Below are positions 17,005-26,633 of a stretch of DNA of 30,292 bases, piece after piece. The notes below the pieces were generated by a model that did not search any database, was not told where the DNA came from, and saw nothing but the letters and a program-made list of their open reading frames with translations. The stretch's first letter is position 1, and the number at the start of each line of letters is the position of its first letter. This stretch comes from Planctomycetota bacterium (GTDB lineage Bacteria; Planctomycetota; GCA-002687715; DRQF01), in contig JALTLO010000198.1 of the NCBI GenBank assembly GCA_027001995.1, positions 1 to 30,292 on the forward strand. Direction: 5' to 3'. Made by a program: the position numbers and the translations under genes.

Positions 17005-18273
17005 TTGCATAAGATAGAGAAAAAGAAACGCCCCGAACGTGCTGTACTTGTGGGCGCAGGCACAGCCGACGTCAATGATACAGACCTGACTATGTTGGAT
17101 GAGCTTGAAGAGCTTGCTCGAACAGCGGGGGTGCGTTGTGTTGATCGTCTCTACCAGCGGCGTCAACGCCCGGACACGACCTACTACATTGGCAAGGGCA
17201 AGGCCGAAGAGTTGGCATCAAGCATTCGAGAACATGAAGCCCAGTGTGTTTTGTTCGACAATGATCTGACCCCTCGGCAAGTCCGCAATTTAGAGGAAAA
17301 AATCGGTTGCAAGGTCTTGGACAGAAGCGAAGTCATCCTTGACATTTTCGCAACCCACGCCCAAACCATGGAATCAAGGCTTCAAGTCGAACTTGCTCAG
17401 CTTCGTTACACCTTGCCAAGACTCAAGAGAATGTGGACCCATCTGTCTCGTATTTCAGGTCAAGGAGGTATTGGTAGCCGTGGTCCGGGAGAGAAGCAGA
17501 TCGAAACAGATCGCCGTTTGATCGATCGTCGCTTGCATCAACTCGAATCGGAACTCAAAGAAATTCAAGTTCGCAAAGAGCGCCAGGTTGGTTCTCGTGA
17601 AGAGAAGTTGACGGTTGCTTTGGTTGGCTATACCAATGCAGGCAAGTCCACTTTGATGAGTTGCATCACCGGAGCGGATGTCTATCAGGCAGACAAGTTG
17701 TTTGCCACCTTGGACACGAAGACCAGTGACATCGAGTTGCCGAACGGGCAAACAGCCTTCATCTCTGACACCGTTGGTTTCATCGAGAACCTCCCTCATC
17801 ACTTGGTCGCGAGTTTTCATGCCACCTTGGAAGAGGTGCGCCAAGCGAAAATTCTCTTGCACGTCGTTTCGGCCTCAGAACCTGGGGTTGAGATGAAAAT
17901 TCAAACGGTTGACGATGTCTTGCAGAATGCCCTTGATATGAAGGATTATCGTCAGATTCTCGTGTTCAACAAGATTGACGCCGTTGAAGATCAGATTGCT
18001 TTCAGTGCCCTCAAGAACAAGCACAAAGACTTCATTGAAGTGTCGGCAAAAACTGGAGAGGGAGTTGAAACTCTTCTCCAAGCACTCGTGGAATTCGATG
18101 AAGAATCCCGGGAAGTTCTGGAGTTAGAAATCGATGCGGCTGATGGTAAAATCCAAGCTCAGCTCAATCGCCTCGGTGAAATCTTAGAGACGGAATACGT
18201 TGGTAACCGAGTACACATGAAAGTGTCGTTGCCAAAGCAAATGGCTTCCCATTTCAAGCAATACGAGCGTTAG
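17005..18273 (+). CDS. hflX: Ribosome-splitting GTPase HflX
   Basis: YIGKGK, LQVELAQL.Y.LPRL, GPGEKQIETDRR, G1 GYTNAGKS, LFATLD, DTVGF, NKID and SAKTG. TTG start. Confidence 0.96.
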   Translation: MHKIEKKKRPERAVLVGAGTADVNDTDLTMLDELEELARTAGVRCVDRLYQRRQRPDTTYYIGKGKAEELASSIREHEAQCVLFDNDLTPRQVRNLEEKIGCKVLDRSEVILDIFATHAQTMESRLQVELAQLRYTLPRLKRMWTHLSRISGQGGIGSRGPGEKQIETDRRLIDRRLHQLESELKEIQVRKERQVGSREEKLTVALVGYTNAGKSTLMSCITGADVYQADKLFATLDTKTSDIELPNGQTAFISDTVGFIENLPHHLVASFHATLEEVRQAKILLHVVSASEPGVEMKIQTVDDVLQNALDMKDYRQILVFNKIDAVEDQIAFSALKNKHKDFIEVSAKTGEGVETLLQALVEFDEESREVLELEIDAADGKIQAQLNRLGEILETEYVGNRVHMKVSLPKQMASHFKQYER

Positions 18274-18282
18274 GCAGACGAT

Positions 18283-18318
18283 AAGAAAAGGGAGCGTTCC
18301 TTGCGGACCGCTCCCTTT
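18283..18318. terminator. Intrinsic terminator between convergent hflX and the 18336 gene (probably bidirectional)
   Basis: Stem AAAGGGAGCG (18287-18296) / CGCTCCCTTT (18309-18318) with an inner TCC/GGA pairing. The minus-strand tail is TTTTCTT and the plus-strand tail is TTT. Confidence 0.8.
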
Positions 18319-18335
18319 GCAATTGAGCTCTTATG

Positions 18336-19433
18336 TTAGAAGTCTTCCAAAGACTCCACCGGTGGTTTCCAAGTGGCACTGTTCTTGTTCCACCATTTCC
18401 ACCAGTCCAAGATGATAATTTCGCGATCCTTGGCATTTTCGAACACTTCATCTTCGTCGTCTGGCCATTCCATGACGATGAGGTTGCGATCGTATTTGGT
18501 GCTCCACTCGCTGCAACGCCGTAGGGTATCCATCAATGGCCAAGCCTTGCGGCAGTCATCCTCCTTGGTGGAATCGAGCCCCATGAGAGCATTGATCAAC
18601 AAGGGGATCGCTTTTTTGCGATGTTCAAAGCAGGTAGCGTCGGCTTCTCTTTGCTCCCGGGTCGCATCCAGATCCATGAGGGTGGCAACGGCCTTCTCTA
18701 AGGACGCCTTTACGTCGGCTTCCATTTCTGGAATAGGGAAGGGATCTTGCTTACGTCCTCGTTTTTTCTTGAGCTTGCCACCCACCTTCTTGGTTGACTT
18801 CGCTGCCACAGGAATTTCGCCATGAGTAGCTGGATCAGACTCGGCGTTGGCATCCTCCATCACACCGTTTTCAGCACTATTGTCTTCCTCTTCCTCTGCC
18901 TTCCGTTTGGCAGCAGCTTTTTCCTTTTTCGCCAGCTCTGCTGCTGCGACTTCCTTTTCTTTGGCTGCTGCTTCTTCGTTACGTTTGTTGACCATAAACG
19001 CCAAAACAACTCCCACGACGATCACCAAGCCAATGGACCCGAAGATCATGCCCTGAGACATTCCTTGACTTGCTTTTCTACGGGTGGTTCGATCTTTGAT
19101 CGACTCTCCAGCGTTTTCTGTTTCTCGACTCTTACCGCGGGTGGTCGTCCTCCTGCGGCTGGAGCCTTTTGACTTCCGCGACGGCCTCTCGGTCTCTGAT
19201 TCACCGCTTTTTGTTTTTTGTCGGCGACTTTTGATTTGTGGTTTGGAAGGTGCAGCTTTGGGCTGCCCATGTTTCTTCGCCTGGGCTGGCCAGTTGTCCC
19301 CATAAATCTTGTTGAGAACTAAAATCATACCGCAACTTGAGCAAGTGATTTTCTTGGTGCCTTCTGCCGGAGCGTCATTCATGGTCTGGCATTCAGGGCA
19401 GGGCAGTTTGCCGTGGGACATTGTGGACTCCAT
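18336..19433 (-). CDS. Hypothetical single-pass membrane protein: N-terminal zinc ribbon, basic linker, TM, C-terminal helical (HEAT-like) domain
   Basis: CPEC...CSSC, Lys/Arg-rich linker, TM segment IFGSIGLVIVVGVVLAFMV, and C-terminal KAIPLLINAL...WWKWW. Confidence 0.8.
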   Translation of the reverse strand: MESTMSHGKLPCPECQTMNDAPAEGTKKITCSSCGMILVLNKIYGDNWPAQAKKHGQPKAAPSKPQIKSRRQKTKSGESETERPSRKSKGSSRRRTTTRGKSRETENAGESIKDRTTRRKASQGMSQGMIFGSIGLVIVVGVVLAFMVNKRNEEAAAKEKEVAAAELAKKEKAAAKRKAEEEEDNSAENGVMEDANAESDPATHGEIPVAAKSTKKVGGKLKKKRGRKQDPFPIPEMEADVKASLEKAVATLMDLDATREQREADATCFEHRKKAIPLLINALMGLDSTKEDDCRKAWPLMDTLRRCSEWSTKYDRNLIVMEWPDDEDEVFENAKDREIIILDWWKWWNKNSATWKPPVESLEDF

Positions 19434-19515
19434 TGGGTCGGTTGAAGCTGTGAATCTCCGAGTCAGCTATGTGGGCTGACTCGGATTGGTGATGTAAGGG
19501 CAAGAAGTGGCTGGG

Positions 19516-20814
19516 CTACTTCTTCTTTTTCTTTTTGTCTTTGTCCGTTTCGCCAATCAATTCGTCCCAAGACTCGGGGTCTTTGGCTTCGACTTTCTTG
19601 GTCCAGGAACTCTTGTTGACTTTCCACCAACCGAACCAGCGGCGGACCGCCTTGAGGCGTTCTTCTGCGGTCGAACGGGTCATACCCCCGGCACCGAATC
19701 CCTGACGGGTTTGGGCTGGCTGGAAGTTGAAATTAAGGCCTGTGATTTCCCTCAAAGTTTGGATGATCTGAAATGCCTTGGCGATTTCAGCGTTGTCTTC
19801 TTCAAAATCCAATTGAGAAAGCGACCGCAATAGGGCCGGGATAGCAGCCTTTCCACGGTCGATCATGGCGAACTTCGCATCATTGGCAGCGCGGAAGTTG
19901 TCCGTTTGTGTGAGCGTTGCTACCTGAGATTCCATTTTGCTCTTGGTGGCGTCACTCATGCCTTTTGGCCAGTCAACCAAACTTGGTTTTTCTTCTGGTG
20001 GACCAGCCGGGCGTCTGACCCTTTTCTTCTTGGGCTTCTTATAGATGTCGTCGATGGGATTCTTATTGCGCATCCGCATTTTAACACCGGTGGCAGTGAC
20101 TTTGCCCTGCAACTGATGCTGAATGGTGACGATGCCCCAAGCGTCTAAGTTTGCCACGTCCCGGACTGTGTGGTATCCGGGCAGAAGGGAGCTCTTGACG
20201 CGGATCATCAACTTTGGGCGTCCCTTGGCATCCTCGATGAGCATGTCGACATTGCCGTAGTCGATTCCGATGTTGATGTTCTCAGGAATGAACTTGCCAT
20301 CAAGAAGGTCTTCTTGAGCGAACTCACGAACCAAGGAGGCTAAGTCTTCGTCCATGACTTTATCAATGTACTTATTGCGCAGCTTCTTCTTAGCCTCGTC
20401 GTCTAAGTCTTCATAGCGCTCGCCCTCTTGGCGGTTGTTGAGATGATCGACCTTGGCGAAGAGAACATCCCAGGCCATGAGATCGTTGATGGCTGCTTCG
20501 TCTTCATTCGCTAAGGCCAAGAGGAATTTTTCTGCCAATTGGATGGGGACAAGGCTCTTTTTCTTGGGAGTAGGACGATTGTCACCGCCAACAACTTCTA
20601 TTGGTCCGGCAACTGTTCTTTCTTTCTTCTTAACCGGTTCTTTGTCCGACAGTGAATACAAACCAAAGATGACAAGGAAGCCGATGATACAACCACCCAA
20701 GATCTGCATAGCCATCTTGTTGTCGTTTTTGTTGATTTGCTCTCGGGCTGATACCTGAGCCTCTTTTTTGCTTTTGCGACGATTATTCCGTCGTCCTGGT
20801 CTCCGTGAAGCCAT
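19516..20814 (-). CDS. Hypothetical single-pass membrane protein whose C-terminal domain is paralogous to that of the downstream gene
   Basis: ATG at 20814 with AGGAG upstream; basic N-terminus, TM segment ILGGCIIGFLVIFGLYSL, and C-terminal AAIPALLRSL...WFGWW. Confidence 0.8.
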   Translation of the reverse strand: MASRRPGRRNNRRKSKKEAQVSAREQINKNDNKMAMQILGGCIIGFLVIFGLYSLSDKEPVKKKERTVAGPIEVVGGDNRPTPKKKSLVPIQLAEKFLLALANEDEAAINDLMAWDVLFAKVDHLNNRQEGERYEDLDDEAKKKLRNKYIDKVMDEDLASLVREFAQEDLLDGKFIPENINIGIDYGNVDMLIEDAKGRPKLMIRVKSSLLPGYHTVRDVANLDAWGIVTIQHQLQGKVTATGVKMRMRNKNPIDDIYKKPKKKRVRRPAGPPEEKPSLVDWPKGMSDATKSKMESQVATLTQTDNFRAANDAKFAMIDRGKAAIPALLRSLSQLDFEEDNAEIAKAFQIIQTLREITGLNFNFQPAQTRQGFGAGGMTRSTAEERLKAVRRWFGWWKVNKSSWTKKVEAKDPESWDELIGETDKDKKKKKK

Positions 20815-21212
20815 GAAGGGCTTATCTCCTAGTCTTTTTCGATCTCTAAATGTCCTGACTCTCTTATTGAGAGTCCTCTGGCAAGAGCCAGTTATGGGTG
20901 GGTGTTTTCCAGGGACGAGTAATCTAACAGTTTCCATCGTATCTGTGGGCATTTGGTGAATTTCGTTTTCTGTCGGGAAAAGCCGGCTTCATGTCTCCAA
21001 AAGTGGACATCTGAGCGCCCTAATTCCCAGGGGAAAGACACCTTGTTTGACTTAAGAACTGGAGCGCGGCCTTTAATCATAACTTAAGTCTATTATGAGA
21101 AAGCATTTATATCAATCATCTTGGCCGGGGCGGGTGGCTCGGGGTTGGCACGAAATTTGATACTGTAAGGCGAGAGCCCCCTGTAAGGCTCATTAGCAGA
21201 GGAGACTGTCTC

Positions 21213-23504
21213 ATGGCACGTTTATCACAAAAATTTCTGTTTGCTTTGACCCTCAGTTTGATCTTGTTTCCCTTGGCTATTTCAGCCTCCGCCCAGCGCC
21301 GGAGCAATAGGGGAAACAATCAAGCCCGGACTCCAAGCAGACGTGCATCCGTAGCCCGTCCTCCAACCGGCAGGTCCTCAGGAACTCGGGCAACAACACC
21401 GAGACCACGGCGCGCGGCTCCCACGCGCCGTCCTCAAGAGCGCCCTAAGCCTCGGCCACAAGAACGTCGTCGGACAGTAAAACCGACCAGACGAGCACCG
21501 CAGCAGAGAGCCAAGACCCCGACCCGTCGAGCACCTCAGCAGAGGACCAAGACGCCCACGCGCCGGACACCTCAAACTCGCAGCCATACTCGCCGTCGTC
21601 CTGTGACGACACCAAGGCAACCGACAAAGCGTCGAACAAGCACCCGCGTTCCGAGCGTAAAACGCTACCAGGGCAGTTCGAGTACGCCCCGTCGCGATCG
21701 TCCCACACCTCGGTCCAACAACAATGAGCGTGATACTCGCCGTCGGTTAGAGCAAAGCCGGGCGCAGCGGGAGGCTTCTGCCCGCCGCGCTAATCTTGAG
21801 CGCACCCGCAAAATTAACGAGCGCAACCGTCGCACCCCGACCAAGCGGACAGCGAAGTCTACACCCGCCCCACAGAGGCGGAATGGTGTTTCTGTCTCTC
21901 CGTTGCGCCGGAGCAGCGGCTTTGGCACCAATCGAGGCAGCCGCAACCAGCCTTCACGGGGATTCGGTCGCAATGGCGAAAGAAAACAACCAAATAGTCG
22001 TTTGAAAACACCCACTGGCAAGAGAGTCGATCCCTCCCGCCGCGCGACTGCTGGGACCAACAATAATCCCCGGGCAACTCGGCGCAGCACTTCAAATCGA
22101 GTGCCAACAAGTGACCTGAATAAGGGTAGGGCAAACCTCTCGAAAGGTAGCCGCCGGAGTAGTCGGGGACTGCCAACAAGATCGAACTTGGGACGTGGTG
22201 GCATCGTCACATCGGATCGAAATCGTCGTGGTGGTGCAAGAGCCAAGAAAACCGTTGCCAGGCGGCCAACGCCCTTGCGTCCTATGGCAGCGCCGAAGGC
22301 CCGAGCCGCGGTTGTGCAACCCCTTCCAGCAGTGCCTTCACGGCGGTTGGCTATTCCCACGACTGTCAATACAGCCCCTCGTGCCTCTCACGGGCGCTCA
22401 CGCCGCCGCAGCAGAAGACATCGGGATTCAAACCTGAATTTCGGTCTATTCTTTGGTGGTGGGGGCTGGGGATTTGGTGCCGGTTATTCCAACTACAGCT
22501 ACTTCAATGGAGGGAGCGCTATCTCCTTCGGCTTCGGTGGTGGTTTGGGTTATGCCGGAAGCTACCTCCATGGGGCGGGCTACGGACCATACTGGAATTC
22601 CTACTACTATGGCTATCGTCCTGGGCACTTAGGTATTGCAAGTCCGGCTCATGTCTACTTCGGACACCAAGTTGACTTCCGCTATCGCACACGTTTGCAC
22701 TTTGGGTTTAATTACTACCACCCATTTGCAACTTACACGCCTTATCCATTCTATCGGACCAGTTACTATGAGCCTTGGTATGTCAACTACTTCGCCAGAA
22801 GAACACCGGCTTATCGAACCTACTATTATGTTCAGGAGCCTCCACCAGAGACCTTCATTACATATGTAGAAACCGCAGATCCATTCGTGGAGGAAGTGGA
22901 GGTCTTAGATGTGGCCGTGTTTGATGGCCTGGACTATGACGCCGGCTATGTCGAAGACTCTTTTGATCCAGTCTTGCGCGATCCTATCCCCGTTGTCTTT
23001 CAAAGCTCCTTCTCCGGGGGCGTGCCTTCTGGACAGACTTTTGATGAGGCTCTGGCATGGGGCGAAGAGGCTCTTTTCAATGGCGACTACAACGGCGCAG
23101 CGGAAGCGTTTCGCCAAGCGATGAAGTTACGTTGGGACGATGCCTATCCTAAGTTCCAGTTGGCGTTGGCTCTCTTTGGGGCAGAACGCTACGACTTGGC
23201 TTACTTGTCTCTCGAACTTGGTCTCGACCAGAATCCGGCTTGGATCTATCGTCGTTTTGATGTCCGAGATGCTTTTGCTTCATCAGAAGAATTTGGCAGT
23301 CGCATCAGTGCTTTAGAGCGCTACCTCATTCGTAATTCTCGGGATGATGATGCTCGCTTCGTTCTTGGCTATTGCTACTTCTTTTCTGGCAACCTTTTTG
23401 GCGCCAGAAGCGTGACACGAGTCTTGGATGATTCCCCCCGGTCATTCCCGCATTTGAAGAGCTTGGCTTCCGAGGCTGAAAAACGCCTCCTAGAGAGTCG
23501 ATAG
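21213..23504 (+). CDS. Secreted low-complexity protein: Arg-rich disordered region, Gly/Tyr-rich region, acidic linker, C-terminal TPRs
   Basis: GAGGAG RBS; Sec signal ending ASA; C-terminal TPR-like helices (GEEALFNGDYNGAAEAFRQA, LALALFGAERYDLA, ARFVLGYCYFFSG). Confidence 0.85.
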   Translation: MARLSQKFLFALTLSLILFPLAISASAQRRSNRGNNQARTPSRRASVARPPTGRSSGTRATTPRPRRAAPTRRPQERPKPRPQERRRTVKPTRRAPQQRAKTPTRRAPQQRTKTPTRRTPQTRSHTRRRPVTTPRQPTKRRTSTRVPSVKRYQGSSSTPRRDRPTPRSNNNERDTRRRLEQSRAQREASARRANLERTRKINERNRRTPTKRTAKSTPAPQRRNGVSVSPLRRSSGFGTNRGSRNQPSRGFGRNGERKQPNSRLKTPTGKRVDPSRRATAGTNNNPRATRRSTSNRVPTSDLNKGRANLSKGSRRSSRGLPTRSNLGRGGIVTSDRNRRGGARAKKTVARRPTPLRPMAAPKARAAVVQPLPAVPSRRLAIPTTVNTAPRASHGRSRRRSRRHRDSNLNFGLFFGGGGWGFGAGYSNYSYFNGGSAISFGFGGGLGYAGSYLHGAGYGPYWNSYYYGYRPGHLGIASPAHVYFGHQVDFRYRTRLHFGFNYYHPFATYTPYPFYRTSYYEPWYVNYFARRTPAYRTYYYVQEPPPETFITYVETADPFVEEVEVLDVAVFDGLDYDAGYVEDSFDPVLRDPIPVVFQSSFSGGVPSGQTFDEALAWGEEALFNGDYNGAAEAFRQAMKLRWDDAYPKFQLALALFGAERYDLAYLSLELGLDQNPAWIYRRFDVRDAFASSEEFGSRISALERYLIRNSRDDDARFVLGYCYFFSGNLFGARSVTRVLDDSPRSFPHLKSLASEAEKRLLESR
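21483..21575 (+). repeat. Degenerate 36-bp coding tandem repeat (about 2.6 copies, PTRRAPQQRxKT)
   Basis: Units start at 21483, 21519 and 21555 and encode PTRRAPQQRAKT, PTRRAPQQRTKT and PTRRTPQ. Confidence 0.85.
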
Positions 23505-23548
23505 CCCGTCTTCTACCCTATGGCGCCAATGAATTGGCCCGTCTTGAT

Positions 23549-23589
23549 AAGGCCCCATTCAGCTTCTTGTTGGATGGGGCCTTCTTCTT
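23549..23589 (+). terminator. Intrinsic terminator after the Arg-rich/TPR gene
   Basis: 13-bp stem AAGGCCCCATTCA / TGGATGGGGCCTT (one G-U pair) followed by CTTCTT. Confidence 0.7.
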
Positions 23590-23698
23590 GGCTGCTCTGA
23601 AAGGAATCCATCTCATCTGCCTTTTCAGTCGTACAAGGCATGTGGTCGATAAATATGTCGATGGACTTTGGGAATTTGCGGGCTCTTTGGAGAATCCT

Positions 23699-24658
23699 TT
23701 GCCAACCTTGGCTGAGAAACTGATGGAACGCTTTCGACTTTGGCGGGCAGAAACATTGCTCACCCAGGGCCGTTACGTGTCGGCCTCTCGTTTCTTGGCG
23801 AAAATCTCAACGGGGCATTGCCGATCATTGCGTCTAAAAGGTCGTCTCCTGGGGCGAGCTGGGCTTCCTGTGGCGGCAGTGGCGTGTTTTCGTCAAGCGA
23901 TTCGTGCCCCCGGGGCCACCATGGAAGATGTTCTCGAACTTTCTTTCGGATTGGTGAAAGTGAGAGATTTCGAAGCGGCGGAGGGAGTTTTGACATCCTA
24001 TTTGAGGAAGTCCCCAGACGATCTTCGGGCCCAGCGACTCCTGGCCCACATTTTTCGGGCCCAAGGACGATTCGCCACAGCCTTGCGGACACTCCAGGCC
24101 ATGCGTCCCGGCAAAGTGGCTGCCAAGTATGCCAATCTCATGCCTCCGGTGCCTAGATTGGGATGGTGCCCCCAGAAAGCCTGGCAACAAGCGTTGCTTC
24201 AAGCAGGGAAAGACGTCCATCGCTGGTCCAATCCTGCGGCCATGGCGAGCGATCAGCAAGGGCGAGATCGGCTTCTTTGCTTCTTTGATGAGCTCGCTGG
24301 CAAGAAGGGCGGGCGAAAAGCCCTGGCCTATGGCGTGGCCCAAGCTCTGACTTCTGGCGAATCATGGCTCCTTCCTTGGGTTAGGAAGAGCGCTGTCTAC
24401 CTCAAACTGGACATGCCCAAGTCTCTTCCTTCCTTTTTGGCTCGTTACGGAAGCCGAGAAGACAAACATATCCTTTTGGCAGCTTTGACCGTGGGACGCT
24501 TCGAAAGAGAGCAAGCAGCGATCGCTCTGATCTCTTTGGGCTATCCCGAATACGTTGAAGTGTTGGAAGAGATGAGACTCTGCAAATCCGCTACTGGCGC
24601 TTCGGGCTCCACTGCGATAGATTTGGAGGGTCATGCCATCATTCAATCTTCAAAGTGA
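23699..24658 (+). CDS. TPR-repeat protein with a C-terminal HEAT-like segment
   Basis: TPR-like repeats ([38 protein letters not shown]) and C-terminal [14 protein letters not shown] placed the start at TTG 23699 (GGAG 6 nt upstream; ATG 23723 is an alternative) because the 5' part of the listed ORF spans a terminator. Confidence 0.65.
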   Translation: MPTLAEKLMERFRLWRAETLLTQGRYVSASRFLAKISTGHCRSLRLKGRLLGRAGLPVAAVACFRQAIRAPGATMEDVLELSFGLVKVRDFEAAEGVLTSYLRKSPDDLRAQRLLAHIFRAQGRFATALRTLQAMRPGKVAAKYANLMPPVPRLGWCPQKAWQQALLQAGKDVHRWSNPAAMASDQQGRDRLLCFFDELAGKKGGRKALAYGVAQALTSGESWLLPWVRKSAVYLKLDMPKSLPSFLARYGSREDKHILLAALTVGRFEREQAAIALISLGYPEYVEVLEEMRLCKSATGASGSTAIDLEGHAIIQSSK

Positions 24659-26633
24659 ATACGAACCCACCGGCGATCAACCCCAAGCAATTGAGGACTT
24701 GTGCCAGGAACTCTCCGCAGGCAAGCAACACCTCACATTCTTGGGTGTCACAGGGTCTGGGAAGACGTTCTCTATTGCCCAAGTCATCCAAAGGATGGGG
24801 CGGTCATCACTCATCTTGGCTCCCAACAAAACCCTGGCTGGGCAGCTCTTTTTGGAATTCAAAGAGCTCTTTCCCGATAACGCCGTCGGTTATTTCGTTT
24901 CCTACTACGACTACTATCAGCCCGAGGCCTACGTGGTGGCCAGCGACACTTATATTGCCAAGGATTCGGCGATTAACGACCAAATCGACCGTTTGCGCCA
25001 CTCTGCCACTCATGATCTTTTGACCCGAGACGATGTCATCATTGTCGCCAGTGTCTCTTGCATATACGGCATCGGCTCACCAGATGCCTATTCGGAGATG
25101 AGTGTGTCCATAGGGACGGAGGAGGATTTAGATCGGGATGAGCTTCTGCGCCGTCTCATCACTATGCAGTATGTTCGCAATGACTTCGCTCCACGCCGGG
25201 GTACTTTTCGTGCCCGCGGCGATGTGGTTGAAATCTTTCCAGCCTATGCGGAAGATCGAGTGATTCGGGTTGAACTATTTGGCGATGAGGTCGAACGGAT
25301 GTCGGAAGTGGACGTGCTCACGGGAGAAATCTATGGCGAGCCCACAAAGGTCGTCATTCACCCGGCGAGTCACTATGTTAAACCCAAGGACTCGATGAAA
25401 CGGGCCATTGATGCCATTGACGAAGAGAAAGAAGAGCGGGTGGCGTTCTTTCAGAAGAAGGGCTATTTGGTGGAAGCTCAGCGAATCGAGCAACGGACCA
25501 ATCTTGATTTAGAATTACTCACAGAGCTGGGCCATTGCAGTGGCATCGAAAACTACTCCCGCCACTTGGATGGTCGCCAAGAAGGGGAACCACCGGCTAC
25601 TCTTCTTGACTACTTTCCTGAGGATTTCTTGTTGTTCATGGATGAAAGCCATGTGACCTTGCCCCAAGTAGGAGGCATGTACAAAGGGGATCGCTCCCGC
25701 AAGCAAAGTTTGGTGGATCATGGATTCCGGTTGCCCTCGGCCTTAGATAATCGTCCTCTCCAAATTGATGAGTTCCGCAAGCGAATTGGGCGGGTGATCT
25801 ACGTCTCGGCCACGCCTGGTGACGTAGAGTTGAGCGATTCCGGTGGTGTTACCACAGAGCAGATCATCCGACCAACCGGACTCTTAGACCCTCAAGTGAC
25901 CATCGAGAAGGCCACGGGGCAGATTGACCATTTGCTCGGGGAGATACGTGCTGAAGTCAAGAAAGGCGGGAAGGTCTTAGTGACTTCTTTGACCAAGAAG
26001 ATGGCCGAGAACCTCACCGAGTACTATCGCGACTTGGATCTTCGAATTCGCTATCTACATAGCGACATTGACACCATGGAACGCCATGCCATCATTCGAG
26101 CCTTGCGCTTGGATGAATTTGATGTCCTGGTGGGGATTAACTTGTTGCGGGAGGGATTAGATATTCCCGAAGTGACTTTGGTGGCCATTCTGGATGCTGA
26201 TAAAGAAGGATTCTTGCGGTCGAAGAGATCGCTCATTCAGACAATCGGCCGGGCCGCTCGCAACGTCGATGGCCGGGTGATTCTTTACGCCGACCGAGAA
26301 ACCGACTCGATCAAACTGGCCCTAGACGAAACGAACCGCCGCCGTGCAATCCAAGAGGAGCACAATCGTGTTCACGGAATCACGCCTCAAACGATCAAAA
26401 AGAAAGTGCAAGAACTCCTCAACTCCGTGTTTGCTTCGGACTACGTCACTGTCGACTTAGAAGAAGATGGGGGTGGCCTGGAGTCGAAGGAAGAACGAGA
26501 TAAGTTACCTCAGATCATCAAAGAGATTCGTGAGCGCATGATTGGCTTAGCCAATGATCTGAAGTTCGAAGAGGCAGCGGATCTCCGCGATCAGATTCAT
26601 CGACTGGAGACTCTCTACTTGGAGAAGTCTTGA
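24633..26633 (+). CDS. uvrB: Excinuclease ABC subunit B
   Basis: PTGDQPQAI, Walker [23 protein letters not shown] beta-hairpin, [13 protein letters not shown], and C-terminal UVR motif [17 protein letters not shown]. Confidence 0.98.
   Translation: MPSFNLQSEYEPTGDQPQAIEDLCQELSAGKQHLTFLGVTGSGKTFSIAQVIQRMGRSSLILAPNKTLAGQLFLEFKELFPDNAVGYFVSYYDYYQPEAYVVASDTYIAKDSAINDQIDRLRHSATHDLLTRDDVIIVASVSCIYGIGSPDAYSEMSVSIGTEEDLDRDELLRRLITMQYVRNDFAPRRGTFRARGDVVEIFPAYAEDRVIRVELFGDEVERMSEVDVLTGEIYGEPTKVVIHPASHYVKPKDSMKRAIDAIDEEKEERVAFFQKKGYLVEAQRIEQRTNLDLELLTELGHCSGIENYSRHLDGRQEGEPPATLLDYFPEDFLLFMDESHVTLPQVGGMYKGDRSRKQSLVDHGFRLPSALDNRPLQIDEFRKRIGRVIYVSATPGDVELSDSGGVTTEQIIRPTGLLDPQVTIEKATGQIDHLLGEIRAEVKKGGKVLVTSLTKKMAENLTEYYRDLDLRIRYLHSDIDTMERHAIIRALRLDEFDVLVGINLLREGLDIPEVTLVAILDADKEGFLRSKRSLIQTIGRAARNVDGRVILYADRETDSIKLALDETNRRRAIQEEHNRVHGITPQTIKKKVQELLNSVFASDYVTVDLEEDGGGLESKEERDKLPQIIKEIRERMIGLANDLKFEEAADLRDQIHRLETLYLEKS

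Noticed and set aside
21049..21090. GACTTAAG...CTTAAGTC inverted repeat in a divergent promoter region
   Set aside because: 8-bp arms with a 26-nt spacer in AT-rich DNA are plausibly chance, and no regulator can be assigned.
21665..22369. 234-aa minus-strand ORF
   Set aside because: Antisense to the low-complexity Arg-rich gene, whose composition suppresses stop codons.
23534..23698. 5' extension of the TPR ORF
   Set aside because: It runs through the terminator hairpin at 23549-23589, and a downstream start with an RBS is more plausible.
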